From positions 1 to 64,000 of the IMG/VR virus record IMGVR_UViG_3300046779_002065: a DNA stretch of 64,000 nucleotides. The stretch is one strand, 5' to 3'. Positions 35,714 through 46,476 of the stretch are shown one piece after another (the first letter of the stretch is position 1; every line of letters begins with the position of its first letter). The translations under genes and the position numbers were made by a program. The notes under the pieces were generated by a model. The model was not told where the DNA came from, ran no database searches, and worked only from the letters and a program-made list of their open reading frames with translations. Source of the stretch: a virus.

Positions 35714-36328
35714 ATGACACCATCAAAAGTAAATGTAACTCCTGAGTTACGTCAAAACCTGTTGGCGGAAAGTGAGAAGCTTTTCACTGACACCTATACC
35801 AAACTTGGTATAGTAAAACCCTACCATGTTCAAAAGGTTTGTTATAAACCCAAGGACAAAATCGAACGCATTATCCGGATGTTTCCAAGTGAACTTACCC
35901 GTGGTGATGTTTACATCGAGCTGGTAGATTTCGAATATAACCCGCTGTTTACCCCACGCCGGTTATACAAACTGACACACCGTGGCGACTTTGCCACCGC
36001 TTATGAAAGTGTCGAAGGTGCCTCTGGACAGAGTTACATCGTTCCTTTCAGTGCATTGAGTCTTATCATAGACTTAGGTGCAATTGTTCCATCTACTCCT
36101 GCTCCTTGGGATACCCCCCGCTTCACTTCTTCAGCAGAACCTTCTCCGAGTGAGACGTTGCTTGATAGTGAAGAAGAGGAAATTGGTGAAGTAGATGCAC
36201 ACTACAACACAATGACAATTCGCGATCATTACTGCATTACGCATAATGTACCGTTATCACAAAAACAGTGGTTAAACAAACTAATTAAAGAAGGTATCCA
36301 ATGGCAACAGAAATTAAATCAAAAGTAA
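35714..36328 (+). CDS. hypothetical protein
   Basis: 204-aa ORF in the replication operon. Confidence 0.7.
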   Translation: MTPSKVNVTPELRQNLLAESEKLFTDTYTKLGIVKPYHVQKVCYKPKDKIERIIRMFPSELTRGDVYIELVDFEYNPLFTPRRLYKLTHRGDFATAYESVEGASGQSYIVPFSALSLIIDLGAIVPSTPAPWDTPRFTSSAEPSPSETLLDSEEEEIGEVDAHYNTMTIRDHYCITHNVPLSQKQWLNKLIKEGIQWQQKLNQK

Positions 36329-37122
36329 GTCCTGAAGCTGCAGTAGCAGCACCAGAAGTAGAAATTCCAGCAAAGAAATTTGTACTACCAACAGCTCCAG
36401 TAAAAGCGGTGAGACAATCACCAAAGAACCTGATCATCTTCTCTAAACCGAAGGTGGGTAAGACCAGCTTGCTGGCAGCATTACCAAACTGTTTGATTCT
36501 TGACTTAGAGTCAGGTTCAGACTATTTGGATGCACTGAAGATCAAAGCATCTTCTATTGATGACATTCGTGAAATCGGTCGTGAAATCAAAGCAGCTGGT
36601 TGTCCATACACATTTATCGCACTGGATACCATTACCGCACTGGAAGACATGTGTGTTCCATACGCTGAGCAGTTGTATGCTGCAACGCCAATGGGTAAAA
36701 CCTGGTTCACAGAAGGTAAACTCAAGTATGGTAGTCTTTTAAATATGCCTAACGGTGCCGGTTATCCCTGGTTACGTCAGGCGTTTACCAAAGTAGTTGA
36801 CTTTGTAAAGACGCTTGCTCCTCATGTGATCTTGGTTGGTCATATCAAGGATACCCTCCTGGAGAAGAACGGTGCGGAATTTACCGCCATGGATCTTGAC
36901 CTGACTGGTAAACTAAAGCGTATCAGTTCTTCCAACTCCGATGCTATCGGTTATTTATATCGTAAGGGTGACCAAAACATCCTTTCCTTCAAAACTACTG
37001 ACGAAGTCGCTTGTGGTGCTCGCCCAGAACACTTGCGTAACAAAGAGATTGTGATCTCTGAAATGACCGAAGAAGGTCTTAAAACTCACTGGGAAGAAAT
37101 TTATGTAGAACTATCAAAATAA
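36301..37122 (+). CDS. Sak4/AAA_24-like phage ATPase
   Basis: SKPKVGKTS, ILDLESG, ALDTIT, ILVGH. Confidence 0.75.
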   Translation: MATEIKSKVSPEAAVAAPEVEIPAKKFVLPTAPVKAVRQSPKNLIIFSKPKVGKTSLLAALPNCLILDLESGSDYLDALKIKASSIDDIREIGREIKAAGCPYTFIALDTITALEDMCVPYAEQLYAATPMGKTWFTEGKLKYGSLLNMPNGAGYPWLRQAFTKVVDFVKTLAPHVILVGHIKDTLLEKNGAEFTAMDLDLTGKLKRISSSNSDAIGYLYRKGDQNILSFKTTDEVACGARPEHLRNKEIVISEMTEEGLKTHWEEIYVELSK

Positions 37123-37142
37123 TAAGCAAACAATAAAATATC

Positions 37143-37865
37143 ATGTTTAACTCAAAAGACGTAAAAACCACTGGCGGTATCGCTAAAGTTATCAATCCTG
37201 GAACAGCTCAGGTTCACTTACTTGACATCATTCTTGAACAACCAAGTTTTGGAAATGGTGCGTATCAAATTCAACTGCAAATGGAAACCTCTCCGATTAT
37301 GGATGAGACATTTGTAGGTTTACCTATTGACAAAATGGACCCTTCAAAGGGTAATTATAAAGGTCAGGCTGCACGTGTGAAGTCTCAACCTTATTTGTTT
37401 ACTGATTATGAGTACAACGGAAACGTGACTCCTAAAGAGCAACAGGTGTTCCGCTACTTGATCAAACTTGCTGACAACATCGGCAAACGTGAGTTGCTTG
37501 ACAAAGTGCAGGCAAGCACAATTGAAGAGTATGTTGCTAAAGCAAGAGTGGTACTTTGTGATCCGAACAATTGGTTCTATGCAACCATCGGCGGTGAGGA
37601 GTATGACAACACCGGCAGCGACGGAAAAGTGTACACCAGCTATCGCCTGGTGATTCCTAAAACCAAAGGTAAGGAGACTGCTTTCACGTTGAACCCCGAA
37701 GATCCAAACTTCGTAAAGTTCAACCCTGAACTGCACATCAAGAAAAAGAAGGTAGCTGAAGCCGTAGCAGGTTTTGGTAATACAGAAACCGATCCATTCA
37801 TGGCGGCAGCACCTGCTACTAGTGGTGGAGTAGCTAATCCTTTTGCTTCAGACTTAGATTTATAA
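37143..37865 (+). CDS. putative ssDNA-binding protein
   Basis: Lies between the Sak4-like ATPase and primase; flexible acidic tail ..PFASDLDL. Confidence 0.5.
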   Translation: MFNSKDVKTTGGIAKVINPGTAQVHLLDIILEQPSFGNGAYQIQLQMETSPIMDETFVGLPIDKMDPSKGNYKGQAARVKSQPYLFTDYEYNGNVTPKEQQVFRYLIKLADNIGKRELLDKVQASTIEEYVAKARVVLCDPNNWFYATIGGEEYDNTGSDGKVYTSYRLVIPKTKGKETAFTLNPEDPNFVKFNPELHIKKKKVAEAVAGFGNTETDPFMAAAPATSGGVANPFASDLDL

Positions 37866-37871
37866 TTATTG

Positions 37872-37902
37872 AAACGGGGGAGGTAACACTCCCCTGTTTT
37901 TA
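37872..37902 (+). terminator. intrinsic terminator
   Basis: AAACGGGGGAG..CTCCCCTGTTT followed by TT. Confidence 0.7.
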
Positions 37903-37907
37903 TTACT

Positions 37908-38921
37908 ATGTTTTGCAGTAAAGATTTATCCGAATCAGTTAAAGACGTCCCAAGCGCGTGGATCTTTGAGACCTATCTTGGACTCGGTGAAACACTCACC
38001 GGTCAGAGTGTAAAGATCAAGAGCGCGTTTAATCCCAAAGACAGTAACCCATCCATGCACATTTTCTTTTCACTGAAGCTCAACCAATATTGGTTCCAGG
38101 ATTTCTCCAGTGGATACAAGGGTAGTGCCATGGACATGGTGATGAAACTATGGAACATGGACTTTGGTCCTGCCGCACAACGGGTGTTAAGTGATTACGC
38201 CAAGTTTAAACTTAAAGGTGGTAACGCTCATCGGGACATTAAACCCGTTGCACCCTGGCAGATCAATCACGTGCGCACGCGTGGTTGGAACGTTGATGAC
38301 GCCAGTTATTGGGGTCAGTTTCAAATCAGTAGCAAGATGCTGGAACACTACCGGGTAGTTCCCATTCAAAGCTACAACATGACTAAGAATGAAGATGGTA
38401 ACATCTCCTCATTTACTGTATCAAACAAATGTATCTACGGGTATTACTCCCAGGATGGTACGCTTTGCAAAGTGTATCAACCCCTCAACCCAGATCGCAA
38501 GTTCATGAAAGTCGCTGACTACCTGCAAGGTTCAGATCAGATGACATACAAGAAACCCTACCTGGTTATCTGCGCTTCGCTCAAAGATGCAATGTGTCTG
38601 CGCTCCATGAAAATGGAACTGGACGTGGTAGCTCCTGACAGTGAAAACGTATTGATTTCCAAAGAGGTCATTGAGATCTGGAAAGAAAGCTACGAGGTGA
38701 TTGTCACCTTGTTTGACAACGATGCTGCAGGCATTAAGAACATGAAAGCGTACAAGCAGAAGTATGACATTCCCTTTGCCTGGTTGCAAATGGAAAAGGA
38801 CCTTGCAGATGCTGTAAAAGCACATGGTCTACTGACTGTACGCAACAGGGTTGCACCTATCATTATGCGACAAATTGAAAACGTACGCGCTGCCCTGGCA
38901 GAATCGTCCACTATTCTCTGA
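37908..38921 (+). CDS. DNA primase (TOPRIM)
   Basis: N-terminal degenerate Zn-binding region (DSNPSM..FQDFSSG), SLKDAM, APDSE, LFDND.AG, KDLAD. Confidence 0.8.
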   Translation: MFCSKDLSESVKDVPSAWIFETYLGLGETLTGQSVKIKSAFNPKDSNPSMHIFFSLKLNQYWFQDFSSGYKGSAMDMVMKLWNMDFGPAAQRVLSDYAKFKLKGGNAHRDIKPVAPWQINHVRTRGWNVDDASYWGQFQISSKMLEHYRVVPIQSYNMTKNEDGNISSFTVSNKCIYGYYSQDGTLCKVYQPLNPDRKFMKVADYLQGSDQMTYKKPYLVICASLKDAMCLRSMKMELDVVAPDSENVLISKEVIEIWKESYEVIVTLFDNDAAGIKNMKAYKQKYDIPFAWLQMEKDLADAVKAHGLLTVRNRVAPIIMRQIENVRAALAESSTIL

Positions 38922-38926
38922 CAACT

Positions 38927-39382
38927 ATGAAACTACTGTTTATACCCGGAAGTGTTCCTTCTTCAAAGAACAGCCGGATGATGACCAAAAACAACGGATT
39001 TATTGCAAGTAAAGCGACTCAAAAGTATCGCAAGACAACTCCTTGGTATTTCAAAATGCACAAGCAGGATTTCTTGAAGATGCTGGAGGGTAAAGAAAAA
39101 CCCTACGTGGTTGGTATGCACTTCGTACGTGGTACCAGGCATGCATGGGACTTCAACAATCCTTGTCAGACCATCCAGGATGAGATGGTCAAGAATGGGT
39201 ACCTCACCGACGACAACGTCTTTGAGATGATTCCCGTTCCACTCAACATCAACGGTCGATTCTGGACCTTAAACAAAGAACAAGCAGGTGTCTACATCAC
39301 TGTCCTGGACAGTATGTGCGACAACCATTTCACTTTAGAAGAATTAAAACACAATGGCACTATTGAAAAAGACCCCGGTTGA
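38927..39382 (+). CDS. RusA-like Holliday junction resolvase
   Basis: IPGSVPSSKNS..DFNN..QD.MVK.G.LTDDN. Confidence 0.6.
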   Translation: MKLLFIPGSVPSSKNSRMMTKNNGFIASKATQKYRKTTPWYFKMHKQDFLKMLEGKEKPYVVGMHFVRGTRHAWDFNNPCQTIQDEMVKNGYLTDDNVFEMIPVPLNINGRFWTLNKEQAGVYITVLDSMCDNHFTLEELKHNGTIEKDPG

Positions 39383-40406
39383 AATTCCGGATGCGAAATT
39401 TATGCGTGAGAAAGAAGAAGAATTTTTTAGTTCAAAGTTCTTTTTATCCTACTCCGGACTTAATAAGTTGTTATACAGTCCCACGTTATTTTACAGTCAC
39501 TATATCCTCAAGCAACGAGATATCGATGACAACAAAGGATTGGAAGGCAGACTTATCCATTGTCAATTACTTACCCCGGAACGTTTCAGTGAGCAGTTTG
39601 TGCTTGCCCAGGACGGTATCATTTCTGGTAAAGGTAAGATGGTCCTGGATCTACTGTATGCTCAACAGAGCTTCACCATTGAAGGTGCAGAAGAACCAAC
39701 CAAACCCAATTTAGAAGACCTCAGAGCGGAGATTATCTCGTTCATGAACGATGCAGAATACTACCAGAAAATCATTGATGAGGACAAGCGTTTTAACAAA
39801 ATGCTGAGTCCTGAAGCAATGCAATACTGGGATCACTTGTGGAATGCACGTGGTAAAAGTCTGGTCAGTCCTGAAATGATGATGAGTGTTGCAACCATGG
39901 TTCACATGATCCGTTCAAACGGGTACATCATGGAACTAATGGGTGAGAATTATCAGCAGTCCTTTGAAGGTGTTGATAAATACAACGAGATTCATCTGAT
40001 GAGTCCTGATGGTCGTAAAAGCTTCGGATTACAAGGTGTTCTTGACAACCTGGTAATTGACCATGGTAAGAAAGTAGTACGTATCAATGACCTTAAAACG
40101 ACGTCTAAGGACATCACCAAGTTCAAAGAAAGCATTGAATACTACAACTACCTCGTACAAGCAGCTATGTACAAAAAACTGGTAATGGGTTTACCACAAG
40201 TACAAAGCAATGGGTATGCTATTGAATTTCGTTTTATCGTTGTAGATCCATACATGCAGGTGAAGTCTTTTAAAGTAAAAGATGAAACCATGGACCAGGG
40301 TATGCAACTTCTTGAGGAAAAGCTTGACGAGTGTCAGTGGCACTTCGACAACAGAAGGTTTGACCTTCCGTACGAGTACGCCTTGGAAAATGATTACGAA
40401 ATTTAA
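39354..40406 (+). CDS. PD-(D/E)XK exonuclease (RecE/exonuclease VIII-like)
   Basis: LSYSGL, G.LIHC.LL, G.LDNL..INDLKTT..Y..QAAMY. Confidence 0.8.
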   Translation: MALLKKTPVEIPDAKFMREKEEEFFSSKFFLSYSGLNKLLYSPTLFYSHYILKQRDIDDNKGLEGRLIHCQLLTPERFSEQFVLAQDGIISGKGKMVLDLLYAQQSFTIEGAEEPTKPNLEDLRAEIISFMNDAEYYQKIIDEDKRFNKMLSPEAMQYWDHLWNARGKSLVSPEMMMSVATMVHMIRSNGYIMELMGENYQQSFEGVDKYNEIHLMSPDGRKSFGLQGVLDNLVIDHGKKVVRINDLKTTSKDITKFKESIEYYNYLVQAAMYKKLVMGLPQVQSNGYAIEFRFIVVDPYMQVKSFKVKDETMDQGMQLLEEKLDECQWHFDNRRFDLPYEYALENDYEI

Positions 40407-41049
40407 TAACTCCTTTATGATTCTAAACCGCTTATATACCCGTTACTTTCAAAAGTCAAAGTCCTTTTTGTATCCCATGCTGGGGTTCAAGAGGTCGATG
40501 CCTTTCCCTCCACGTCAGTCTTATCTTGCCTGGAAAAACTTCTACGTTCCAGGAGATTGTAAACTGATGGTAAGTTTTGACTTATATCTTGAAACTCCCG
40601 AATGGAAGAAATTCCTGGAAGATGAAATCTACACCCACGAGATGTTCAGTGAGCACATTGCTTCTACGGAACATTTCATTATGTCGGACGGTACCCCTGC
40701 TAAGCGCATGGTGGACGTCATCGTTTTTGACATGCAGTTTCACCGGGAGGATTTTGAGAAAATCATCAAGGGTCAGTACTCGTTAACATCTTCGCAACTC
40801 AAGAATATGGTCCGTTCCTATTATGGATACCATACCCCGGAGTGGGCGCACATGGAATCGTTCCTGTATCCGGAAAAGTATTACAGTCAATACGCTAAAA
40901 TCCTCGATGTTGAGGAGGAATTACTCAAGCAAGGTGTAGAACTTTGCGAGAGTCCAGCTATTGATAAAGAGACTTTTACAGGAGAAAGAGACGATAACTT
41001 AGAGAATTTACCCGGAAATTTTGTAGATTTGAACAATCAATTAGAATAA
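40390..41049 (+). CDS. hypothetical protein (start 40390 or 40417)
   Basis: ORF in the replication operon. Confidence 0.7.
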   Translation: MITKFNNSFMILNRLYTRYFQKSKSFLYPMLGFKRSMPFPPRQSYLAWKNFYVPGDCKLMVSFDLYLETPEWKKFLEDEIYTHEMFSEHIASTEHFIMSDGTPAKRMVDVIVFDMQFHREDFEKIIKGQYSLTSSQLKNMVRSYYGYHTPEWAHMESFLYPEKYYSQYAKILDVEEELLKQGVELCESPAIDKETFTGERDDNLENLPGNFVDLNNQLE

Positions 41050-41054
41050 CCAAC

Positions 41055-41429
41055 ATGTCTTCTGAAAAATCAATGATGCTGATCACATCAAGCTGGAATG
41101 AAAAACCCAGTTTCCGTATGATCCCTGTGGAAACTTCTTGTCCTTACAACGAAGTTATCTATGACACTGAATTGAAAGCTCTTGCTATCGTTTCCAAAGA
41201 AAAGAAGGATACGTTCCAGTTCCTTCCAAAACTTGACCAGAACGGTGACTTGGTACCATTGCGTAAACCAGGTGCTAACGGTCGTCGTTTTGCTGAAGAG
41301 CGTAAGTTAGTAGAAACCTATTACGAATATTTCGTAACAGATGCTGCTGAAGTAGAAGCTTTCATTCAACGTTTTGCATTAAACGCTGAAAAGTTTGACT
41401 ATAAAGCGTTGTTAGTAGTTGTAGAATAA
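41055..41429 (+). CDS. hypothetical protein
   Basis: 124-aa ORF followed by a terminator. Confidence 0.75.
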   Translation: MSSEKSMMLITSSWNEKPSFRMIPVETSCPYNEVIYDTELKALAIVSKEKKDTFQFLPKLDQNGDLVPLRKPGANGRRFAEERKLVETYYEYFVTDAAEVEAFIQRFALNAEKFDYKALLVVVE

Positions 41430-41449
41430 CAACTATCCACACCAACCGA

Positions 41450-41479
41450 GAAAGGGGAATCATAAGTTCCCCTTTTTTT
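41450..41479 (+). terminator. intrinsic terminator
   Basis: AAAGGGGAA..TTCCCCTTT followed by a T-run. Confidence 0.75.
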
Positions 41480-41492
41480 CACTCTACCCGCC

Positions 41493-43475
41493 ATGACAAC
41501 ACTACACAAACGACAATGGGTCATCGATTACGAGACCATCGTCAACTGTACTATTGTGTGTATTGAAGACTACGGTAGCAACGAACGTGGTGAATTTATT
41601 ATCAATCGTCACGTTAACCACATGCCGGAGCTTATCCAGTTCCTGGAGGAATGCGTTGCAAGCAACTCCTGGCATTTCGGTTTTAATAACATTCATTTTG
41701 ACGGACAGATTACACAGTTCATTTATCAGAACCGCCATTTGTTTCGCACCATGACGAATACAGATGACATCACTAACAAGATCTATGATTTTGCTCAAGA
41801 TGTCATTCAGAAATCTCGCAACAACGAACGTCCGGTCTACCCGGAATGGAAGCAGAACATCCGACAGCTTGATATTTTTAAGTTGAACCACTGGGACAAC
41901 AAAGCAAAGTCAGCGTCGCTTAAATGGATCCAGTATACGATGGACTGGAAGAATGTTGAGGAGATGCCGCACCCACATTATCAACCTGTCCTGGATGATG
42001 ATACCCTCTTTAAGCTGGTCGATTACTGTCGTAACGACGTAGCCAGCACCAAAGCAATCATCAACTACAAGGACAAGAAGGGTAAGTTCCCGATGAAGGA
42101 AGGGATCATGCTGCGTAAGGAGTTATCCGAGAAGTATGACCTCAATCTTTACAGTGCCAGCGAGCCGAAGATTTCCAAGGAAGTATTCTTGCATCTCTTA
42201 AGTGAGCAAACTCGTATTGACAAGCGCACACTTCGTGATTCCAGGACACACCGGACACATGTTCGTATTGCAGACGTTATACTGCCGTACGTCAAGTTCG
42301 AAACACCTGAGTTCCAAAAAATCCATGACTGGTTCAAAGAGCAAGTCGTAGAGATTGACGAGGAAGTGTCAGCAGATGAACGTGAAATTGCAGGTCCCAA
42401 GTTTGTCATGCACCATGCAGGTGTTAAGACGGTCTTTGGTCTGGGTGGTATTCACGGTTGCACGACCAGTGGTATCTACCGCAAGGGTAATGGTCGCATC
42501 ATTAAAAGTGCCGACGTTACCAGTTTCTATCCCAATCTTGCTATTCGTAACAAATGGTCTCCTGCTCATCTGAACAAGGAGATGTTCTGCAATCTGTACG
42601 AGTGGATGTTTGAGGAGCGCAAGAAATACGCAAAAGGAACCGCGCTGAATTATCTGTATAAAATTATCCTCAATGCTACCTATGGTCTAAGCAAGGAACG
42701 TAATTCGTTTCTCTATGACCCTGAACTTACGTTCAAAATTACCGTCAACGGTCAGCTTTTACTTGCCATGCTCTATGAGCAAGTGATGATTCAGATTCCA
42801 GATGCTATTCCGCTTATGCAGAATACAGACGGTCTGGAGTTTTCCATTCCTATGGAGTTTGAAGAAAAGTTCAACAATATCTGTAAGGACTGGGAAACCA
42901 TGACTAACCTGGAACTTGAGTTTGAAGAATACAAAAAGCTTATTATCGGTGACGTAAACAACTACATTGGTGAATTCATCAGTGGTAAAACCAAGTGCAA
43001 AGGTCGCTTCGAGTATGAAGATCTTGCTTTGCACAAAAACAAATCCTTTGCGGTTATCCCCAAGGCGATCTACGAATATTTTATCAACGGTGTTGATCCG
43101 GAAGAGTATCTGGAAAGCAACAACCACATCTTCGATTATTGCGGAGGTGTAAAGGTCAAAGGTGCATGGGAACTCCGTGCGCGTTACGTTATCAAAGGAG
43201 AATATAAGGATGAACCGCTGCAGAAAATGATGCGGTATTATATCTCTACCAAAGGTATGAAACTCTACAAAGTTCACCCTGACGGTCGTGCCATGCAGAT
43301 TGAATCTGGTAAATGGTTAACGACCGGGTTTAACAACGCGCAAGGACATGAGACCCGTTCTTTTGAATCCTTTGACATTGACAAAAGCTACTACCTGGAG
43401 AAAATCAAACAGGAGATAGCAAAGATCGAATCTTCTGATACGACAATTCAACCACTTCAATTCCAACTATTTTAA
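41493..43475 (+). CDS. DNA polymerase family B
   Basis: Exonuclease DYET, GFNN..FD, YC.ND; polymerase DVTSFYP, KIILNATYG, NTDG, K.KG. Confidence 0.92.
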   Translation: MTTLHKRQWVIDYETIVNCTIVCIEDYGSNERGEFIINRHVNHMPELIQFLEECVASNSWHFGFNNIHFDGQITQFIYQNRHLFRTMTNTDDITNKIYDFAQDVIQKSRNNERPVYPEWKQNIRQLDIFKLNHWDNKAKSASLKWIQYTMDWKNVEEMPHPHYQPVLDDDTLFKLVDYCRNDVASTKAIINYKDKKGKFPMKEGIMLRKELSEKYDLNLYSASEPKISKEVFLHLLSEQTRIDKRTLRDSRTHRTHVRIADVILPYVKFETPEFQKIHDWFKEQVVEIDEEVSADEREIAGPKFVMHHAGVKTVFGLGGIHGCTTSGIYRKGNGRIIKSADVTSFYPNLAIRNKWSPAHLNKEMFCNLYEWMFEERKKYAKGTALNYLYKIILNATYGLSKERNSFLYDPELTFKITVNGQLLLAMLYEQVMIQIPDAIPLMQNTDGLEFSIPMEFEEKFNNICKDWETMTNLELEFEEYKKLIIGDVNNYIGEFISGKTKCKGRFEYEDLALHKNKSFAVIPKAIYEYFINGVDPEEYLESNNHIFDYCGGVKVKGAWELRARYVIKGEYKDEPLQKMMRYYISTKGMKLYKVHPDGRAMQIESGKWLTTGFNNAQGHETRSFESFDIDKSYYLEKIKQEIAKIESSDTTIQPLQFQLF

Positions 43476-43484
43476 TCGAAAATT

Positions 43485-44348
43485 ATGCAAAGAACATTGC
43501 AAGGTATAGAAGCCTACAACACTATGTTATCCGCTACCGTTCCTGAACGGACTAAAACATACACTCCTGTTGCACATCACCAGGTATTGGGTTTAGTGCG
43601 TCAGGAGCTTTACAAAGCTGGATTTACCATCCAAAGCGAAGAGTGTCGCAGTACCGTTAACGGTGCTGTGATAGCACTCAATTTCGGAATCACTTATAAA
43701 CTGGATCCAGACTTAATCTTGTCTGCAACCTTCATCAACTCCTATGACAAGTCAGCACGTTTCCAATTCTCATTGGGTGCACTGGTAAAACATGGGATGA
43801 CCAATCTGATCATCAGCAAAACAGACGAAGAGTCTTTGGTGCGCAAGCATACCGGTGATGCAGTAACCATTATTCATGACCACATTAAAGCCAGCATCAA
43901 GCAAGCTGGTGAGTACTGGGATGAACTCGTGCGTGTCAAAGACATCCTGAAAGATCACCGTCTTTCTACGCACGCCATGGAGCGCACGTTTGGTAAGCTC
44001 ATCATGAACGATGTCCTGGATTCTGTACAGATGACTCAATTGAGGAAAAGTTTAAAGAACCCAGCTGTAAGCTGGCATGTTGACTACGAGAATGCGTGGA
44101 ACTGGTACAATCATATCGCCAGCGCACTCAAGAACTCTCATCCTAACACCTGGTTGATAGATCACATTAAAGTCTATGAAATCTTTAATGAGTTGTTATA
44201 CCTGGGTAAAGTTGCAGGACCTCCTGCAATTTCGCTCACACCTAACCCGTCTGAAATGCCAGAAGACACAGAAGAAGAATTAGTCCCTGTTGATGAAGAA
44301 CCAGAATGGGACACATTAAGAGAACAAAACGATGACTACGACCTCTAG
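43485..44348 (+). CDS. DUF932/DUF945-like protein
   Basis: TKTYTPV.H, NSYDKS, RKHTG, NAW..YN. Confidence 0.6.
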   Translation: MQRTLQGIEAYNTMLSATVPERTKTYTPVAHHQVLGLVRQELYKAGFTIQSEECRSTVNGAVIALNFGITYKLDPDLILSATFINSYDKSARFQFSLGALVKHGMTNLIISKTDEESLVRKHTGDAVTIIHDHIKASIKQAGEYWDELVRVKDILKDHRLSTHAMERTFGKLIMNDVLDSVQMTQLRKSLKNPAVSWHVDYENAWNWYNHIASALKNSHPNTWLIDHIKVYEIFNELLYLGKVAGPPAISLTPNPSEMPEDTEEELVPVDEEPEWDTLREQNDDYDL

Positions 44349-44976
44349 AAAACCAACCATTATAGCATTCTCTGGAAAGATGGGTGCTGGTAAAGACACT
44401 GCCGCAGAACTATTTCTGCTGGCGGTTGTAAACAAACACTTAAGGGAAGTATCCAGCGAAGAGCTGGATGTTTCTCTTCGTGGTAAAGTATCAAGCGCAA
44501 AATGGAGCATTAAAAAATACGCCTACAAGCTGAAACAAATTGCTTCTATTTTGTGTGGTGCAGACATGCACGACCTGGAAGACCAGGAGTTTAAGAAACG
44601 CAAGATGGGTAAGGAATGGGACTTCATGACGTACCGGGAGTTTCTTCAACGACTGGGTACCGAAGCAATCCGTACAGGTATTCACCCGGACGCCTGGGTA
44701 AATGCGTTGTTTGCTGACTTTCATTCAACGATGTCTCACTGGTTGATCACAGACTGCCGTTTTGATAATGAAGCGAATGCTGTGATGCGTCATGGAGGAA
44801 TTGTTGTTCGTATCGAGAATCCTCGTCTTCTTGTCCAGGAGGATCCACATCCAAGTGAAACCGCATTGGACGACTTTCCTTTTCACTATACTATCGTCAA
44901 TGACGGTACCATGGAAGAGTTCTATGAGAAAGTCCAAGAGATGATAGCATTCTATCAGCTAGACAACGTGTTATGA
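44332..44976 (+). CDS. deoxynucleoside monophosphate kinase
   Basis: GKMGAGKDT, REFLQRLGTE, ITDCRFDNE, HPSE. Confidence 0.88.
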   Translation: MTTTSRKPTIIAFSGKMGAGKDTAAELFLLAVVNKHLREVSSEELDVSLRGKVSSAKWSIKKYAYKLKQIASILCGADMHDLEDQEFKKRKMGKEWDFMTYREFLQRLGTEAIRTGIHPDAWVNALFADFHSTMSHWLITDCRFDNEANAVMRHGGIVVRIENPRLLVQEDPHPSETALDDFPFHYTIVNDGTMEEFYEKVQEMIAFYQLDNVL

Positions 44977-45221
44977 GTACTGGAAACTCACATGATTATG
45001 CTCCAGCGTTTTCTAAACCTACTTTTCAAGATCAATATGGATACAGAGAACAGGGTTGCGATGGTATGTATCAGCTAACGTATTTTGCTACCCATGCCAT
45101 GCAGGGACTTGCAGCAAACCCAGAATGTCAGAATATGTCCAACGAGGAGATTGCCGCTACAGCAGTCGACATGGCAAAAGAACTAAGTAAAGCACTAGAC
45201 AGCCATTACAAAAAATTATGA
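44973..45221 (+). CDS. hypothetical protein
   Basis: YFA..AMQGL.AN..A..AV..A..L, a common small phage protein pattern. Confidence 0.65.
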   Translation: MSTGNSHDYAPAFSKPTFQDQYGYREQGCDGMYQLTYFATHAMQGLAANPECQNMSNEEIAATAVDMAKELSKALDSHYKKL

Positions 45222-45484
45222 GTAAAGAAGAACACGAAAGTTATTTAAAGAATAAAGCACTGGCAGCACATGAATATGCTGTACAGTTAGCTAGACTGCA
45301 GGATGCGTTTTTAGACCAGGTCAGAAACGACATTGACGATGCAGATTTGACTGCGCTGGACGAGCTGTTTTACAACATGCTCAAGATTCCAGGTGCTATA
45401 CCAATCCTTATTGGGTATTTACCAGAAGGAGCACAAGAACCATTTCTAGAACTGATTGCTTCAGAACCCGAAGTAGAGTTATAA
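45218..45484 (+). CDS. hypothetical protein
   Basis: Last + strand gene before the convergent terminator. Confidence 0.65.
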   Translation: MSKEEHESYLKNKALAAHEYAVQLARLQDAFLDQVRNDIDDADLTALDELFYNMLKIPGAIPILIGYLPEGAQEPFLELIASEPEVEL

Positions 45485-45520
45485 AAGAAAACCCCGGGAT
45501 TACTCTCGGGGTTTCATTTT
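45483..45520. terminator. bidirectional terminator between convergent arms
   Basis: GAAAACCCCGGGA..TCTCGGGGTTTC with A-run before and T-run after. Confidence 0.7.
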
Positions 45521-45538
45521 AAGTAAGGAAGTATGTGC

Positions 45539-46108
45539 TTAGATGATACGGAAAGCTTTTAATAGTTTAAACAGGGTGTATCCAATCCAGATAGCGATTA
45601 GCAAGTAGAACTTCCAGTTTGCAACAGCTAAGTCATGCTGCACTTCCCGGATTTTCAGGTCTCTTTCTTTAACCACTTGCTTAAGTGAATCAGAATATTG
45701 TTTCCATGTGGTAATTTCTTTATCCAATATAATTTCAAGACGTTTGTCGCGCACCACTGCTTCGGTTTTGATGTACACCCTTTCGCCTTTGACTTGCGGA
45801 CAATCCACAGAAAGGATCCCCTGGCGGATCTTGACTTTCGTCCCATTGGGAAGGATAGTATCAAAATATAGAATGGCAGCAAGACTGCGGCTATAGACAG
45901 TGTCATAGATAAAGGAAGGAGAATCCACGAGGAATTCTTCCACCAAAGTGTCGTAGACAATGACAGTATCGTTGATGCAGTATCCACGTTTTACAACACT
46001 ATCAGCTACCTCCTGGAAGTAGCGTGGGTTCTTGAGAACTCTTTGGACCGGGGAACATGCTGACAAGATTAACAGGACCAGCACACATAATCGAGCGAGT
46101 GTTTTCAT
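45539..46108 (-). CDS. putative unimolecular spanin
   Basis: N-terminal lipobox LSAC plus C-terminal TM FYLLIAIWIGYTLF; at the end of the lysis cassette. Confidence 0.65.
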   Translation of the reverse strand: MKTLARLCVLVLLILSACSPVQRVLKNPRYFQEVADSVVKRGYCINDTVIVYDTLVEEFLVDSPSFIYDTVYSRSLAAILYFDTILPNGTKVKIRQGILSVDCPQVKGERVYIKTEAVVRDKRLEIILDKEITTWKQYSDSLKQVVKERDLKIREVQHDLAVANWKFYLLIAIWIGYTLFKLLKAFRII

Positions 46109-46110
46109 AA

Positions 46111-46470
46111 TTATTTAATCTCGCTTTGGATTACCTGGACAGGTGCTGTTATTTTCATAGACAGACCTGCTTCCCAACGTTTAACTTCTACACCATTCTT
46201 AAAGTAGATAATGCACGGAACCTGGTTGACGTTGAATTTCTTCTGTACAGCAGGTGCCTGATCGATCATTACTTTTTGAATATTGCAGTTAGTGAGTTTG
46301 TCAACAGCTGCATAGTGATTCTGAGCGTTCCAGGTAGCGTTAAAATACACTACCACATTCTGAGCGGCACGAACGTTCACGTTCCCGCCTGGTTGCTTTA
46401 CCGGTGCAGATTCGACTCCGATAATGAGTCCTGCTATCAGTGTCAGCGTGGATAATAGTATGGTTTTCAT
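46111..46470 (-). CDS. secreted thioredoxin-fold protein lacking CxxC
   Basis: Signal peptide; VVVYFNATWN..FNVNQVPCIIYFKNGVEVKR. Confidence 0.7.
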   Translation of the reverse strand: MKTILLSTLTLIAGLIIGVESAPVKQPGGNVNVRAAQNVVVYFNATWNAQNHYAAVDKLTNCNIQKVMIDQAPAVQKKFNVNQVPCIIYFKNGVEVKRWEAGLSMKITAPVQVIQSEIK

Positions 46471-46476
46471 GAGTGT

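Noticed and set aside
20744-43475. Introns or inteins in thyA, the helicases or the polymerase
   Set aside because: ORFs are continuous and of ordinary length with no intein motifs; thyA has only short in-frame insertions
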